Positions 49,049-59,334 are shown, counted from the stretch's first letter. The stretch is DNA of 64,000 bases from Brachybacterium sp. (GCF_052099115.1 NZ_JBQDQS010000011.1); one strand, 5' to 3'. Notes: generated from the sequence alone by a model not told the origin. Numbers and translations are program-made.

Positions 49049-49902
49049 TGGTCACGCAGCTCCCACCCTCCGCGCCGGGGCCCCTGCTCGTCCCCGGCCG
49101 CCGCCTGACGCCCTCCCCCGCCGGCGATCACCGCCTGCGTCGGGCCACCACGCTGGTGGGCGCCGCGATCGTGCTCCTGGTGGTGCTGGGTCTGGCGCTG
49201 CTGTCGACCGCGACCTGGCTGGCCGGCCGCGGCTTCACCTCGGTGCCCGCGACCACCGGGCTCGGCAGCCCCTCCTCGTTGACCCTGACCTCGGGAACGG
49301 GCACCGTGCGCGTGCTGCCCTCCGGGGCCGTCGACGAGGTGACCCTGGCCCTGGTCGCTCCGGGATCCACGACACTCCCCGCCACCGATGCCCAGGTGCC
49401 GGCGCAGGTCACCCGGTCCTCCCGCGCCGAGGGGACGACGGTGGAGGTGCGCCAGCCCGCCCGCTCCTTCGGCTCGCCCTGGTCGAACGGGACCCAGGAC
49501 GTCCTGCTCCTGGTCCCGACGGATCTGGAGCTGGCGCTCGAGGTGCACGCCCACGTCGACGACGTGCTCGTCGACGGGGAGTTCACCGCGCTGGAGGTGA
49601 ATGCGGACATCGGCAACATCGACCTCGAGCTCGGTTCGCCCGCCCCCGCCGCCGTCGACCTCACCGCCGCGATCGGCGACGTCGACGTGCTGCTGCCCAC
49701 GGACGCCGGAGGCCGAGTCTCGATCGCCACCGATCTCGGCGACATCCAGGTCGCGGCACCGGGCACCGCACGCTGGGAGGTCCAGGCCGACTCCGAGCTC
49801 GGCGAGGTGAGCACGGAGCCGAGCCTGACCGACGGCACCGGCGAGACCGTCGGCACCCTCACCGCGACCACCGACCTCGGGAACATCGACATCACCCGCT
49901 GA
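49048..49902 (+). CDS. Membrane-anchored DUF4097/adhesin-like beta-repeat protein
   Basis: One TM helix, then repeated x-T/A-D/A-x-G-N/D-I/V units (ADIGNID, AAIGDVD, TDLGDIQ, SELGEVS, TDLGNID). Confidence 0.72.
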   Translation: MVTQLPPSAPGPLLVPGRRLTPSPAGDHRLRRATTLVGAAIVLLVVLGLALLSTATWLAGRGFTSVPATTGLGSPSSLTLTSGTGTVRVLPSGAVDEVTLALVAPGSTTLPATDAQVPAQVTRSSRAEGTTVEVRQPARSFGSPWSNGTQDVLLLVPTDLELALEVHAHVDDVLVDGEFTALEVNADIGNIDLELGSPAPAAVDLTAAIGDVDVLLPTDAGGRVSIATDLGDIQVAAPGTARWEVQADSELGEVSTEPSLTDGTGETVGTLTATTDLGNIDITR

Positions 49903-49941
49903 GGACGCGCTCTGCGGGGACGCGGCCCGGTGCGCACGGGA

Positions 49942-49982
49942 ACGGGCGAGCGTCCCGGTCGATGACCGGGACGCCCGCCCGT
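49942..49982. terminator. 19-bp hairpin (one mismatch) between convergent DUF4097 and acs genes
   Basis: acgggcgagcgtcccggtc-gat-gaccgggacgcccgcccgt. Confidence 0.75.
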
Positions 49983-50017
49983 CCGCCATGCCGCGGGATC
50001 CTCCCGCAGCGATCGGC

Positions 50018-51997
50018 TCAGCCCTGGCCCGAGATCCCCTTCTGGATCAGGTCCATCACCGAGGCGTCGGCGAGGGTCTGGGTGTCGCCCACCTGACGGT
50101 TCTCGGCGACGTCCCGCAGCAGCCGCCGCATGATCTTCCCGGACCGAGTCTTGGGCAGCTCGGTGACCAACAGGACCTTCTTCGGCTTGGCGATCGGGCC
50201 GATCTCCTTGCCGACGTGGGCCCGCAGCAGCTCGGAGACCTTCTCGTCGCCGCCGGCCTCGGCGATCTCCTCGTCGTTCCCGCCGCGCAGGATCACGAAG
50301 GCGACCGGGGTCTGGCCGGTGGTCTCGTCGTTCGCCCCGACCACGGCGGCCTCAGCCACCCAATCGTGGCTGACCAGGGCGGATTCGATCTCCATGGTGG
50401 ACAGGCGATGCCCGGAGACGTTCATGACGTCATCCACGCGGCCGAGCAGCCAGATGTCGCCGTCGTCGTCGCGCTTGGCGCCGTCACCGGCGAAGTACAG
50501 GCCGTCGAAGCGCGACCAGTAGGTCTCCTTGTACCGCTCCGGGTCGCCCCAGATGCCGCGCAGCATGCCCGGCCACGGCTGGTTCAGCACCAGGTAGCCG
50601 CCCTCGCCGTCGGCGACCGACTCGCCCGCATCGTTGACCACGTCCGCGCCGATGCCCGGCAGCGCGACCTGCGCGGAACCCGGCTTGGTAGCGGTGATGC
50701 CCGGCAGCGGGGAGATCATGATCCCCCCGGTCTCCGTCTGCCACCAGGTATCCACGATGGGGCAGCGATCGCCGCCGATGACGCGGCGGTACCACATCCA
50801 CGCCTCGGGATTGATCGCCTCGCCGACGCTGCCCAGCAGGCGCAGCGAGGACAGGTCGTGCTTGGCGGGGATCTCCTCGCCCCATTTCATGGCGGTGCGG
50901 ATCGCCGTGGGCGAGGAGTAGAACAGCGAGACCTTGTGCTTCTCGATGATCTCCCACCAGCGGCCCTGGTGCGGGAAGTCCGGGGTGCCTTCGTAGATGA
51001 CCTGCGTGGAGCGGTTGGCCATCGGTCCGTAGACCACATAGGTGTGGCCGGTGATCCAGCCGACGTCCGCGGTGCACCAGAAGACGTCCGAGGACGGCTT
51101 GAGGTCGAAGACGTTCCGGTGGGTGTATGCGGCCTGGGTGAGGTAACCGCCGGTGGTGTGGACGATGCCCTTGGGCTTCCCCGTGGTGCCCGAGGTGTAG
51201 AGGATGAACAGCGGGTGCTCCGCCTCCACCGCCACCGGGGCATGCTCGGTCGAGGCGCTCTCACGTGCCTCGTGCCACCACACGTCCCGCCCCTCGGTCC
51301 ACTCGACGTCGCCACCGGTGCGGCGCACCACGAGGACCTTCTCGACGCTGGCACCGCCACCGGCGAGCGCCTCGTCGACCGCGGGCTTGAGCGGCAGCTG
51401 CTTGCCGCGACGGTTCTGGCCGTCGGCGGTGATCACTACGCGCGCCTCGGCATCCTCGATGCGGGAGCGCAGCGCGTCGGCGCTGAAGCCGCCGAACACC
51501 ACCGAGTGCGGGGCCCCGATGCGAGCGCAGGCCAGCATCGCGAAGACGGCCTCGGGGATCATCGGCATGTAGATCGCGACCCGGTCGCCGGTCTTCACCC
51601 CGAGGTCGGCGAGGACGTTCGCCATCTTCGAGATCTCGTCCTTGACGTCGGCGTAGGTGAAGGTGGCGCCGGAGCCGTCCTCGTACTCGGCCAGCAGCGC
51701 GGCCTGCGCGCCGTGGCCGGACTCGACGTGACGGTCCACGCAGTTGTAGGCGACGTTCAAGGTCCCGTCGGCGAACCAGCGGGCGAAGGGCGGATCGGAC
51801 CAGTCGAGGGTCTCGGTGAAGGGCGTCTCCCAGCTCAACAGGCTCGCCCGCGAGCGCCAGAACGCGAGATCGTCCCGCTCGGCCTCCTCGTAGAGCGAAG
51901 GACGAGCGACCGCGTTCTGGACGAACTCGGTGGGAGGAGAAAAGGTGCGGGTCTCCTGGGAGAGGTTCTCGATCCCGGTGACAGCGTCGTCAGACAT
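50018..51997 (-). CDS. acs: Acetyl-CoA synthetase
   Basis: [47 protein letters not shown]. Confidence 0.97.
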   Translation of the reverse strand: MSDDAVTGIENLSQETRTFSPPTEFVQNAVARPSLYEEAERDDLAFWRSRASLLSWETPFTETLDWSDPPFARWFADGTLNVAYNCVDRHVESGHGAQAALLAEYEDGSGATFTYADVKDEISKMANVLADLGVKTGDRVAIYMPMIPEAVFAMLACARIGAPHSVVFGGFSADALRSRIEDAEARVVITADGQNRRGKQLPLKPAVDEALAGGGASVEKVLVVRRTGGDVEWTEGRDVWWHEARESASTEHAPVAVEAEHPLFILYTSGTTGKPKGIVHTTGGYLTQAAYTHRNVFDLKPSSDVFWCTADVGWITGHTYVVYGPMANRSTQVIYEGTPDFPHQGRWWEIIEKHKVSLFYSSPTAIRTAMKWGEEIPAKHDLSSLRLLGSVGEAINPEAWMWYRRVIGGDRCPIVDTWWQTETGGIMISPLPGITATKPGSAQVALPGIGADVVNDAGESVADGEGGYLVLNQPWPGMLRGIWGDPERYKETYWSRFDGLYFAGDGAKRDDDGDIWLLGRVDDVMNVSGHRLSTMEIESALVSHDWVAEAAVVGANDETTGQTPVAFVILRGGNDEEIAEAGGDEKVSELLRAHVGKEIGPIAKPKKVLLVTELPKTRSGKIMRRLLRDVAENRQVGDTQTLADASVMDLIQKGISGQG

Positions 51998-52238
51998 CAG
52001 TACTCCTGCTTCGCGGGCCCCGGCTCACCGGGGCGGATGGACGCGCACACCGTATCGCAGGAGATGCACGTCACGCGCACCGGACACAGTCCGTGGTCAC
52101 CGGGCAGGTGCTCGGTGTCGGGGTCGCGAAGGGATCACGAGATGCTGGCCGACCGACCCACCGGCGTTCACCACCTGCTGGGACGCCGTCGACGGACGCG
52201 CAGGCAGGAGCCGGCGCGGGCGACTACCGTAGGGGACC

Positions 52239-53345
52239 ATGGTCCCCGATGCGGTCGATGTCTCCCCAGCACTCCTGACTCCGGCCCGGCTGCGTGAGCT
52301 CGAGATCCGCAACCGCATCTGGCTCGCTCCGATGTGCCAGTACATGGTCGAGGAACAGGACGGCATCCCCACCGACTGGCATCTGGTGCACCTGGGAGCG
52401 CGAGCCGCCGGCGGCTTCGGACTGATCGTCACCGAGGCCACCGCCGTCTCCCCCGAAGGCCGCATCAGCCCGCAGGACACCGGGCTGTGGAACCACGCCC
52501 AGACCACCGCCTGGCGCCGGATCACCGGCTTCTGCCAGGACCAGGGAGCGAGGATCGCCGTCCAGCTCGCCCATGCCGGCCGCAAAGCCTCCACCTGGCC
52601 CGCACTCCCCCGCTTCCGCGGACGGCGGGGCACGGTGCCGGAGTTCGCCGCGGGCTGGCGCTCGGTCGGACCGACCTCCGACCCCTTCCCGGGGCTCGAC
52701 GCCCCCGATGCGCTGAGCCGCGCGGACATCGCCGGCGTGGTCGAGGACTTCGTCGCCGCGACGCGACGCGCCGAGGAGGCGGGCTTCGACGCGGTCGAGC
52801 TGCACTTCGCCCACGGCTACCTGGTCCATGAGTTCCTCTCCCCGCTGGTGAACACGCGCACCGACGACTACGGCGGTCACGGTCCGGGACGTCGGCGCCT
52901 CGCGCTCGAGATCGCCGCCGCGGTGCGCGAGCAGTGGCCGGCGGAGCGTCCCGTCATCGTGCGGCTCAGCGCCACCGACTGGATCGACGGCGGCTGGGAC
53001 ATCGAGCAGTCCGTCGAGCTCGCCCGGGAGCTCGAGGAGAGAGGGATCGACGCCCTGCACGTCTCCACCGGGGGTGCGGTGATCGCCGATATCGCCGTGG
53101 GCCCCGACTACCAGGTCGGCTTCGCCCGCACCCTGCGGGAGGCTGTGACGATGCCGGTGGCCGCCGTCGGCCTCATCACCGAACCAGCCGGCGCCCAGGC
53201 GGTGCTGGAGCGCGGTGACGCGGACTTCGTCGCACTCGGCCGGGCCGCCCTGCGCGAGCCGGGATGGCCGCAGCGGGCGGCGCACGAACTCGGCGTGCGC
53301 GACGGGGCGCTGTACCCCGGCGCCTATCGACGGGGGTCGTGGTGA
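52239..53345 (+). CDS. NADH:flavin oxidoreductase, old yellow enzyme family (YqjM/NamA class)
   Basis: APMCQY, IQ-like VQLAHAGRKAS, HFAHGYLVHEFLSP, VRLSATDW, C-terminal YRRG. Confidence 0.92.
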   Translation: MVPDAVDVSPALLTPARLRELEIRNRIWLAPMCQYMVEEQDGIPTDWHLVHLGARAAGGFGLIVTEATAVSPEGRISPQDTGLWNHAQTTAWRRITGFCQDQGARIAVQLAHAGRKASTWPALPRFRGRRGTVPEFAAGWRSVGPTSDPFPGLDAPDALSRADIAGVVEDFVAATRRAEEAGFDAVELHFAHGYLVHEFLSPLVNTRTDDYGGHGPGRRRLALEIAAAVREQWPAERPVIVRLSATDWIDGGWDIEQSVELARELEERGIDALHVSTGGAVIADIAVGPDYQVGFARTLREAVTMPVAAVGLITEPAGAQAVLERGDADFVALGRAALREPGWPQRAAHELGVRDGALYPGAYRRGSW

Positions 53346-53364
53346 CCACCCGCAGCGGGCCGCG

Positions 53365-54492
53365 ATGAAGGTCCTCCCTGCCTCCACCGCGCTGCGGGCA
53401 CGCGTCGCACTGCGCCCGCACACGGCCGTCCTCATGGACCATCACGGCGCGCTCAGCGCGGGCGAGCTGCTCGACCTCGTGCATCTGCACCGCCGCCGCC
53501 ACCGCGGCACCCCACCGGCGGGCCTGGGCAGCCTGCCCGCCACCGCACCGCTGCGGCAGGTGCTGGTCACCGTCCTGGCCGGGAACGGCGTGCTGGAGCT
53601 GCGCTCGCACGGCAGCACCGGGCCCCCGCACCTGCGTCGGCGCGGTCCGCTCACCGCGGGCCAGCTGTCGAGCCTCGCCGATCTCGCCCGGCGGATCGGC
53701 CTGCGCCGGGGGCGACGCATCGCCTGCCTCGCCCCTGGGGTCCACGGTCACGGTCTGATGATCGCTCTCGGCGCCCTCGCCCTCGGTGCACCGCTGGTGG
53801 ACCTGACCCATCTGCCCGGTCCCGAACGGGTCGCGCTGCTGCACCACAGCTCCCCCGACCTGCTCACCGGCGTGCCCGTGCATCTGGTGGACCTGCTGCG
53901 GGCGGACACCGAGCTCGCCGGCGGTCGAACGCTGCGGATCCCGCACGTGGTCTCGGGCTCCGATCTGCTCACCCCCGACCTGCGCGCAGACCTCGCCCGC
54001 CACTACCGGGCCCAGGTGCACGATGTCTACGGGACCTCCGGGACCGGCCCGCTCGCGGTCGATGGCAGGCCGTTGCGCGGGGTGCGCCTGCGGGCGGCAG
54101 ACGGGCTGCTGCATGCGCGCACCCCCTTCACCGGTCGGCGCGAGCTCGTCACCGATCGCGGAGAGATCCTCGCCGACGGCACCGTTGATGTGCTCGGACG
54201 CGCCGACGGTGCCGTCTCCTCGGGCGGGATGCTCCCCGATCCCGGCGCAGTGGTGCGGGTGCTGCGCTCGCACCCCGCCGTGGCGGCGGCGCGCCTGCGT
54301 GCGGTGCCCGACGACCGCTTCGGGGTGCGCACGGTCGCCGAGGTGGAACTGGCGGTGCGGGCCGACGGGATCCCGGCACCCAGCTCCGATGAGCTGCGCG
54401 CCCTGATCCGCGACCGCTTGGGCGCGGCGTCGGTGCCGCACGATGTACTGCTCAGCGACCCCGGCACCGGGGGCCTCGGGGCCGGCTGCTGA
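53365..54492 (+). CDS. Degenerate AMP-binding (ANL) family protein; possibly inactive
   Basis: SHGSTGPP (P-loop-like), DVYGTSGTG, TDRG, LGRADGAVSSGG, HPAV...VPDDRFG; ends without the A10 lysine. Confidence 0.6.
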   Translation: MKVLPASTALRARVALRPHTAVLMDHHGALSAGELLDLVHLHRRRHRGTPPAGLGSLPATAPLRQVLVTVLAGNGVLELRSHGSTGPPHLRRRGPLTAGQLSSLADLARRIGLRRGRRIACLAPGVHGHGLMIALGALALGAPLVDLTHLPGPERVALLHHSSPDLLTGVPVHLVDLLRADTELAGGRTLRIPHVVSGSDLLTPDLRADLARHYRAQVHDVYGTSGTGPLAVDGRPLRGVRLRAADGLLHARTPFTGRRELVTDRGEILADGTVDVLGRADGAVSSGGMLPDPGAVVRVLRSHPAVAAARLRAVPDDRFGVRTVAEVELAVRADGIPAPSSDELRALIRDRLGAASVPHDVLLSDPGTGGLGAGC

Positions 54493-54496
54493 GTGC

Positions 54497-55891
54497 TCAG
54501 CAGTCCGGGACGCTGACCGGGACCGCGGTGACCGCCAGCCCTCCCATCGCGGTCTCCTTGTAGCGCTCGTTCATGTCCTTGCCCGTCTGGCGCATGGTCT
54601 CGATGACTGTGTCCAGGGAGACGAAGTGCTCACCGGTGCCGCGCAGTGCGAAGCGGGCCGCCGTGATCGCCTTGACCGCCGCCATGGCGTTGCGCTCGAT
54701 GCACGGGATCTGCACCAGACCACCGATGGGGTCGCAGGTCAGGCCCAGGTTGTGCTCCATCGCGATCTCCGCGGCGTTCTCCACCTGGGCCGGATTGCCG
54801 CCCATCGCCTCGCACAGGGCCGCCGCCGCCATCGAGCAGGCCGACCCGACCTCGCCCTGGCAGCCCACCTCGGCACCGGAGATCGAGGCATGCTCCTTGT
54901 ACAGCGAGCCGATCGCCCCGGCGGCGAGCAGGAAGCGCACCGCGATCTCGTCCGGATCCGCCCCCTCGATGTAGGTGGTGGCGAAGTAGAGCACGGCCGG
55001 GATGATGCCGGCGGCCCCGTTGGTGGGGGCGGTGACCACACGGCCCCCGGCCGCGTTCTCCTCGTTGACGGCGAGCGCCGCGAGGGAGACCCACTCGAAG
55101 GCGTTCATCGGCAGACGCACCGGGTCCTCGGCCGAGAGCGAGTCGAACCAGGAGGAGGCACGGCGCTTGACGTCGAGACCGCCGGGAAGGATGCCGCTGG
55201 TGCGGGTTCCCCGCTCGATGCAGTCGTGCATGGCGTGCCAGATCGTGAGCAGACCCTCGCGGATCTCCTCATCGCTGCGCCACTGCCGCTCCCGCATCAG
55301 CATCGCCTCGGAGACGGAGATCCCCCGGTCCTCGCACACCCGCAGCAGCTCGTCACCGGTGGTGAAGACGGCCTTCCCCTCGTCCTCGGCGGCGACCTCG
55401 GCGATCGAGCGGTCCATGTCCGCCTCGTCGACCACGAAGCCACCGCCGACGGAGAACATCGGCCGCCGCAGCAGCTCCTCGCCGTCGGCGTCCAGAGCGA
55501 TGAAGGTCATCCCGTTGGAGTGCTGGGGCAGGAAGGTCAGCGGGTGCAGCACGATCGAGGAGGGACGCAGGTCGATCGGCAGCGTCCCGTCCAGGCGCAG
55601 ACCGCCCTGCTCCTGGATCTGCACGACCCGTTCGAGGCCGGCGACGGGGTCGACGGTCTCCGGATCCTCCCCCTGGAGCCCCATCACCACCGCATTCAGG
55701 GTGCCGTGGCCGGCGGCGGTCGCCGCGAGCGAGCCGTACAGGTGGACCGCGACGTCGGCGACGCGGGATCCGAGCTCGGCGTCGCCGAGCACCTCCCGGG
55801 CGAACAAGGCCGCGGCGCGCATCGGTCCCACGGTGTGCGAGCTCGACGGTCCGATGCCGATCTTGAACATGTCGAATGTGCTGATGCTCAT
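54497..55891 (-). CDS. sdaA: L-serine ammonia-lyase (Fe-S, single chain)
   Basis: [70 protein letters not shown]. Confidence 0.96.
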   Translation of the reverse strand: MSISTFDMFKIGIGPSSSHTVGPMRAAALFAREVLGDAELGSRVADVAVHLYGSLAATAAGHGTLNAVVMGLQGEDPETVDPVAGLERVVQIQEQGGLRLDGTLPIDLRPSSIVLHPLTFLPQHSNGMTFIALDADGEELLRRPMFSVGGGFVVDEADMDRSIAEVAAEDEGKAVFTTGDELLRVCEDRGISVSEAMLMRERQWRSDEEIREGLLTIWHAMHDCIERGTRTSGILPGGLDVKRRASSWFDSLSAEDPVRLPMNAFEWVSLAALAVNEENAAGGRVVTAPTNGAAGIIPAVLYFATTYIEGADPDEIAVRFLLAAGAIGSLYKEHASISGAEVGCQGEVGSACSMAAAALCEAMGGNPAQVENAAEIAMEHNLGLTCDPIGGLVQIPCIERNAMAAVKAITAARFALRGTGEHFVSLDTVIETMRQTGKDMNERYKETAMGGLAVTAVPVSVPDC

Positions 55892-55970
55892 CGCGCGCCT
55901 CCTCAGCGTCCCGGCCGTTCCTCGTCGAACAGCCTTTCAGCCGCTCCTCACCGAGCGGCCGCTCATCCTC

Positions 55971-57566
55971 TCATCGTCCGCCACGGCGGCGCGGTGCGCG
56001 CGACGGCGCGCCCGAACGGCCGCGGCCCTGGCCCTTCCCGGTGCTCCCGGAGCGTCCCCGGCCCCCGCCGCCGGCCGAGTGGCGGCCCCCGCCTTCGCCG
56101 CCGCGGTCCGAGCGGGCGTCGCCCTGAGGGTTCCGCTTCGCCGCGGCTCCGCGACCGCGGCCGCCACCGGTCGGTGCGCCCCCGGAGCGCGCAGGGCCCC
56201 GCCCGCCGCGCCGGCCACGATCGTCGGGCTCCTCCTGCCAGGAGGCACGCCGCTCCTCGTTGGCCCGGCGCTCCTCCGCCTTGCGCCCATCGGCGCCGCG
56301 GGACCTGGACAGGTCGAGCTTGCGGGGCGCGCCCTTGTACTTCACCGTCGCCGGATCCTCCGCCGGCTCCCCGGCGGGCTCTCGCCCCCCGAGCTCGGCG
56401 AGCGCCGGATGCTCGGCGGAGGTGACCTCCTCGGCCCAGCGGGGTTCGACCTCCGCCTCACCGAGGATGCGGTGCGAGGAGCGGATCTGGTGGGGCAGTG
56501 CGAGCGTGACCACGCTGCCGGCGGCGCCGGCCCGGGCGGTGCGACCCGAGCGGTGCACGTACTCCTTGACGTCGTCGGAGGGATCGACGTGGACCACCAT
56601 GGAGATGTCGTCGATGTGCAGACCTCGGGCGGCGACATCGGTCGCGACCAGCACCGGGAAGGCGCCCTGGCGGAACCCGGCCAGCACGTTGGTGCGCAGG
56701 CCCTGCTGCTTGTTGCCGTGCAGCGCCGCGGCGGGGACGCCCACCTCGATCAGCTCCTGAGCCACGCGCTCCGCCCCCAGCTGGGTGCGAGTGAACATGA
56801 GGGTGCGGCCCGTGCGGGCCCCGAGCTGGGCGGTGACCGCGCGCTTGGCCTCGGGGGCGATGGCCAGCACATGGTGATCCATGGTCTTCACGGCCGCGGT
56901 GACCGGGGTGGTCTCGTGGTTGACCGGGTCGACCAGGAAGGTATCGACGATGTCCTCGACCTGCCCGTCCAGGGTGGCCGAGAAGAGCATCTTCTGGGTG
57001 CCCATCGGGATCGCGGCGAGGATGTCGCTCACGTCGGGGAGGAAGCCGAGATCGGCCATGTGGTCGGCCTCGTCGACGATGGTCGTCTCCACCAGGTCCA
57101 GCTGAAGAGCTCCTCGCTCGGCGAGGTCGATGAGGCGGCCCGGGGTGGCGACCACGATCCCGACCCCGCGGGCCACGGCGTCGGCCTGCTTCTCGATGTT
57201 CATCCCGCCGGAGACCAGCTGTGCCGAAGATCCGACGGCGCGTGCGAAGGGGTGGATCGTGTCCACGACCTGCACGGCGAGTTCGCGGGTGGGGACCAGC
57301 ACCACCCCCAGGGGCCGGCGCTTGTGGACCTTCCTCCCGCGGAAGCGTGCGGTCATCGCCAGGGTGAACGCCAGCGTCTTGCCGGAGCCGGTCTCGGCCC
57401 GGGCCAGCACGTCGCGTCCGGCGAGGGCGTCGGGCAGGATCGCGGATTGGATCTCGAAAGCGCGTTCGAGCCCCTGATCGGCGAGGACTCCCAACAGCTC
57501 ATCGGGCAGCGCCATGTCCTCGAACCGCTCGGAGCGGTGAGCTGAGCGGCGACGGGCCTTGGGCAT
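55971..57566 (-). CDS. DEAD-box RNA helicase with RGG-rich C-terminal tail
   Basis: Q motif FEIQ, AETGSGKT, PTRELA, DEAD, SAT, DVAARGL, HRSGRTAR. Confidence 0.95.
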   Translation of the reverse strand: MPKARRRSAHRSERFEDMALPDELLGVLADQGLERAFEIQSAILPDALAGRDVLARAETGSGKTLAFTLAMTARFRGRKVHKRRPLGVVLVPTRELAVQVVDTIHPFARAVGSSAQLVSGGMNIEKQADAVARGVGIVVATPGRLIDLAERGALQLDLVETTIVDEADHMADLGFLPDVSDILAAIPMGTQKMLFSATLDGQVEDIVDTFLVDPVNHETTPVTAAVKTMDHHVLAIAPEAKRAVTAQLGARTGRTLMFTRTQLGAERVAQELIEVGVPAAALHGNKQQGLRTNVLAGFRQGAFPVLVATDVAARGLHIDDISMVVHVDPSDDVKEYVHRSGRTARAGAAGSVVTLALPHQIRSSHRILGEAEVEPRWAEEVTSAEHPALAELGGREPAGEPAEDPATVKYKGAPRKLDLSRSRGADGRKAEERRANEERRASWQEEPDDRGRRGGRGPARSGGAPTGGGRGRGAAAKRNPQGDARSDRGGEGGGRHSAGGGGRGRSGSTGKGQGRGRSGAPSRAPRRRGGR

Positions 57567-57634
57567 GGTGATCCTCCTGACGAAACGAACACCCCCATCA
57601 TCCAGCATGTGCCATCAGTGGGATAATGGAAGCG

Positions 57635-58060
57635 ATGTTGCGCACTCTGATGACCTCGAAGATCCACCGAGCCACTGTCACGCAGGCAGACCTGCACTAC
57701 GTGGGCTCGGTCACGATCGACCCCGTGCTCACTGCGGCCGCGGGCCTGGTCGAGAACGAACAGGTCACCATCGTCGACATCACCAACGGCCACCGCCTGG
57801 TCACCTACGTCATCGAGGGCGAACGCGGCACAGGCGTGATCGGCATCAACGGCGCGGCGGCCCACCTGGTCACCCCCGGCGACCTCGTGATCATCATGGC
57901 CTACGGACAGCTGGACGCGACCGAGATCGCCTCCCACCGCCCCCGGGTCGTCCACGTGGACCGCGACAACCGCATCGTCGCGCTCGGCGCGGACGGCGCC
58001 CAGCCGGTCCCCGGCATGGACGACCAGATCGACGGACGCACCTCGCACGGCGTGCGGTGA
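57635..58060 (+). CDS. panD: Aspartate 1-decarboxylase
   Basis: [21 protein letters not shown] (G-S autocleavage site), [15 protein letters not shown]. Confidence 0.96.
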   Translation: MLRTLMTSKIHRATVTQADLHYVGSVTIDPVLTAAAGLVENEQVTIVDITNGHRLVTYVIEGERGTGVIGINGAAAHLVTPGDLVIIMAYGQLDATEIASHRPRVVHVDRDNRIVALGADGAQPVPGMDDQIDGRTSHGVR

Positions 58061-58179
58061 CCCCCTCCCCTGGGTGCGCACCCGCGCACAGCACGGCCGA
58101 GCTCGCAGGACCGGGCTCCGCGCGTCCGGGTGGTGATCCGAGGAAGACCCTTTCCCGTTGTCGGGCTAGGATCCCTCGG

Positions 58180-58212
58180 GTGACTGCTCCCCGCACCTCC
58201 GCACCACTGTGA
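58180..58212 (+). other. Putative leaderless uORF (VTAPRTSAPL) coupled to the AEC transporter
   Basis: TAGGAT at 58167-72, 7 nt, GTG 58180; its TGA overlaps the transporter GTG (GTGA at 58209-12). Confidence 0.45.
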
Positions 58213-59135
58213 CCGGGGTCCTCGCCGGCTTCTTCATCGTCTGGTCCATGATCGGTGTGGGCTGGGTGGTGGGCCGCACCGGTGTGCTCGGTCCGCATGC
58301 ACGCTACGTGCTGAACCGGTCCACCTTCTTCATCGCCTCCCCGGCTCTGGTGCTGGTGGGTCTGCTCGGTTCCGAGGTGCGCGAGGTGCTCTCGCTGCCG
58401 ATGGCCGTGGCCGGCATCTCCGGGCTCGCCACCGGCGGGATCCTGATCCTGGTGGTGGCCCTGTTCACGAAGCGTCGCGGGGCCGACCTGGTCGTGACGG
58501 CCATCAGCGGCTCGGTGGTCAACGGGGCCAATATGGGCTTCCCCATCGCCCTCTACGTGCTGGGCGACATCTCCCACGCCCTGCCCGTGATCATGTTCCA
58601 GCAGGCGGTGTACACACCGTTGTACCTGTTCGTGCTGCACCGGGTCACCGAGGACGAGGCGCCGGGCTCCGCCGGCGTGCTGCGCAGCATCGTCGCCAAC
58701 CCCACGATCATCGCCTCCGCCGTCGGCCTGGTGCTGGTGCTGGCGGGCGTGAACATCCCGGACGTGGCGCTCGAGCCGGTGCGCTCGTTCGCGAACATGG
58801 CGATCCCGGCGATGCTGCTGGCCTACGGACTGTCGCTGTACGGCTCCAGGCCGCTGGCGAAGGACGACGGCTATCGCGGGCTGATCGCCCTCGCCTCGGG
58901 CTCGAAGCTGCTGGCGATGCCGGTGATCGCGCTGGGGGTGGGCCTGCTGCTCGGGATGCGGGGCACTGCTCTGTTCGAGGTCGTGGTGATGGCGGCGCTG
59001 CCCACGGCGCAGAACGTCTACGTGGCGGCGGCCCGCTATCGGGCCTCGGAGAATCTTGCCCGCGACACGGTGCTGATCACCACGATCGGCACCGTGCTGG
59101 TGCTGCTGCTGATCTCCGCAGTGCTCGGGGTCTGA
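58209..59135 (+). CDS. AEC (auxin efflux carrier)-family transporter
   Basis: About 10 TM helices; FFIASPAL, NGANMGFPI, MAIPAMLL, KLLAMP, AALPTAQNVY. Confidence 0.88.
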   Translation: MTGVLAGFFIVWSMIGVGWVVGRTGVLGPHARYVLNRSTFFIASPALVLVGLLGSEVREVLSLPMAVAGISGLATGGILILVVALFTKRRGADLVVTAISGSVVNGANMGFPIALYVLGDISHALPVIMFQQAVYTPLYLFVLHRVTEDEAPGSAGVLRSIVANPTIIASAVGLVLVLAGVNIPDVALEPVRSFANMAIPAMLLAYGLSLYGSRPLAKDDGYRGLIALASGSKLLAMPVIALGVGLLLGMRGTALFEVVVMAALPTAQNVYVAAARYRASENLARDTVLITTIGTVLVLLLISAVLGV

Positions 59136-59190
59136 GTGCTCGAGGTCTGAGTGCTCGAGGTTTGAGTGCTCGGGGTCTGAGCGCTCGAGG
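59121..59190 (+). repeat. 15-bp tandem repeat x4.7 starting in the last five codons of the AEC gene
   Basis: gtgctcggggtctga / gtgctcgaggtctga / gtgctcgaggtttga / gtgctcggggtctga / gcgctcgagg. Confidence 0.95.
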
Positions 59191-59268
59191 CCCGGGGGCT
59201 CGACGTCCGGGCCCTCGTCGCCCGGGTGCTCACCGGAGGCAGCGGCGCCGACGCGGTACGATGGCACG

Positions 59269-59334
59269 GTGACTGGACGGCTCCTGCTTATGCAGCCGCG
59301 TCGGACAAGGCCCACGCCCACCCCACGCTCCTGA
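59269..59334 (+). CDS. leuS leader peptide (21 aa, MTGRLLLMQPRRTRPTPTPRS)
   Basis: GTG 6 nt after TACGAT (59257-62); tandem Leu codons CTC CTG CTT at 59281-89; followed by a terminator before leuS. Confidence 0.78.
   Translation: MTGRLLLMQPRRTRPTPTPRS

Noticed and set aside
52060-52080. Weak CRP-like site upstream of acs
   Set aside because: Only a partial match (GTGA-N6-TCTC on the minus strand), too degenerate to support.
55892-55970. Possible glycine riboswitch upstream of sdaA
   Set aside because: Only a small hairpin and an SD are present; the GGAGA, CCGAAG and CTYTCAGG aptamer elements are missing on the coding strand, and the spacer is too short.
59121-59190. Short repeat arrays (also 30111, 37580, 40532) as CRISPR
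   Set aside because: Units are contiguous with no unique spacers, are too short, and no cas genes are present.
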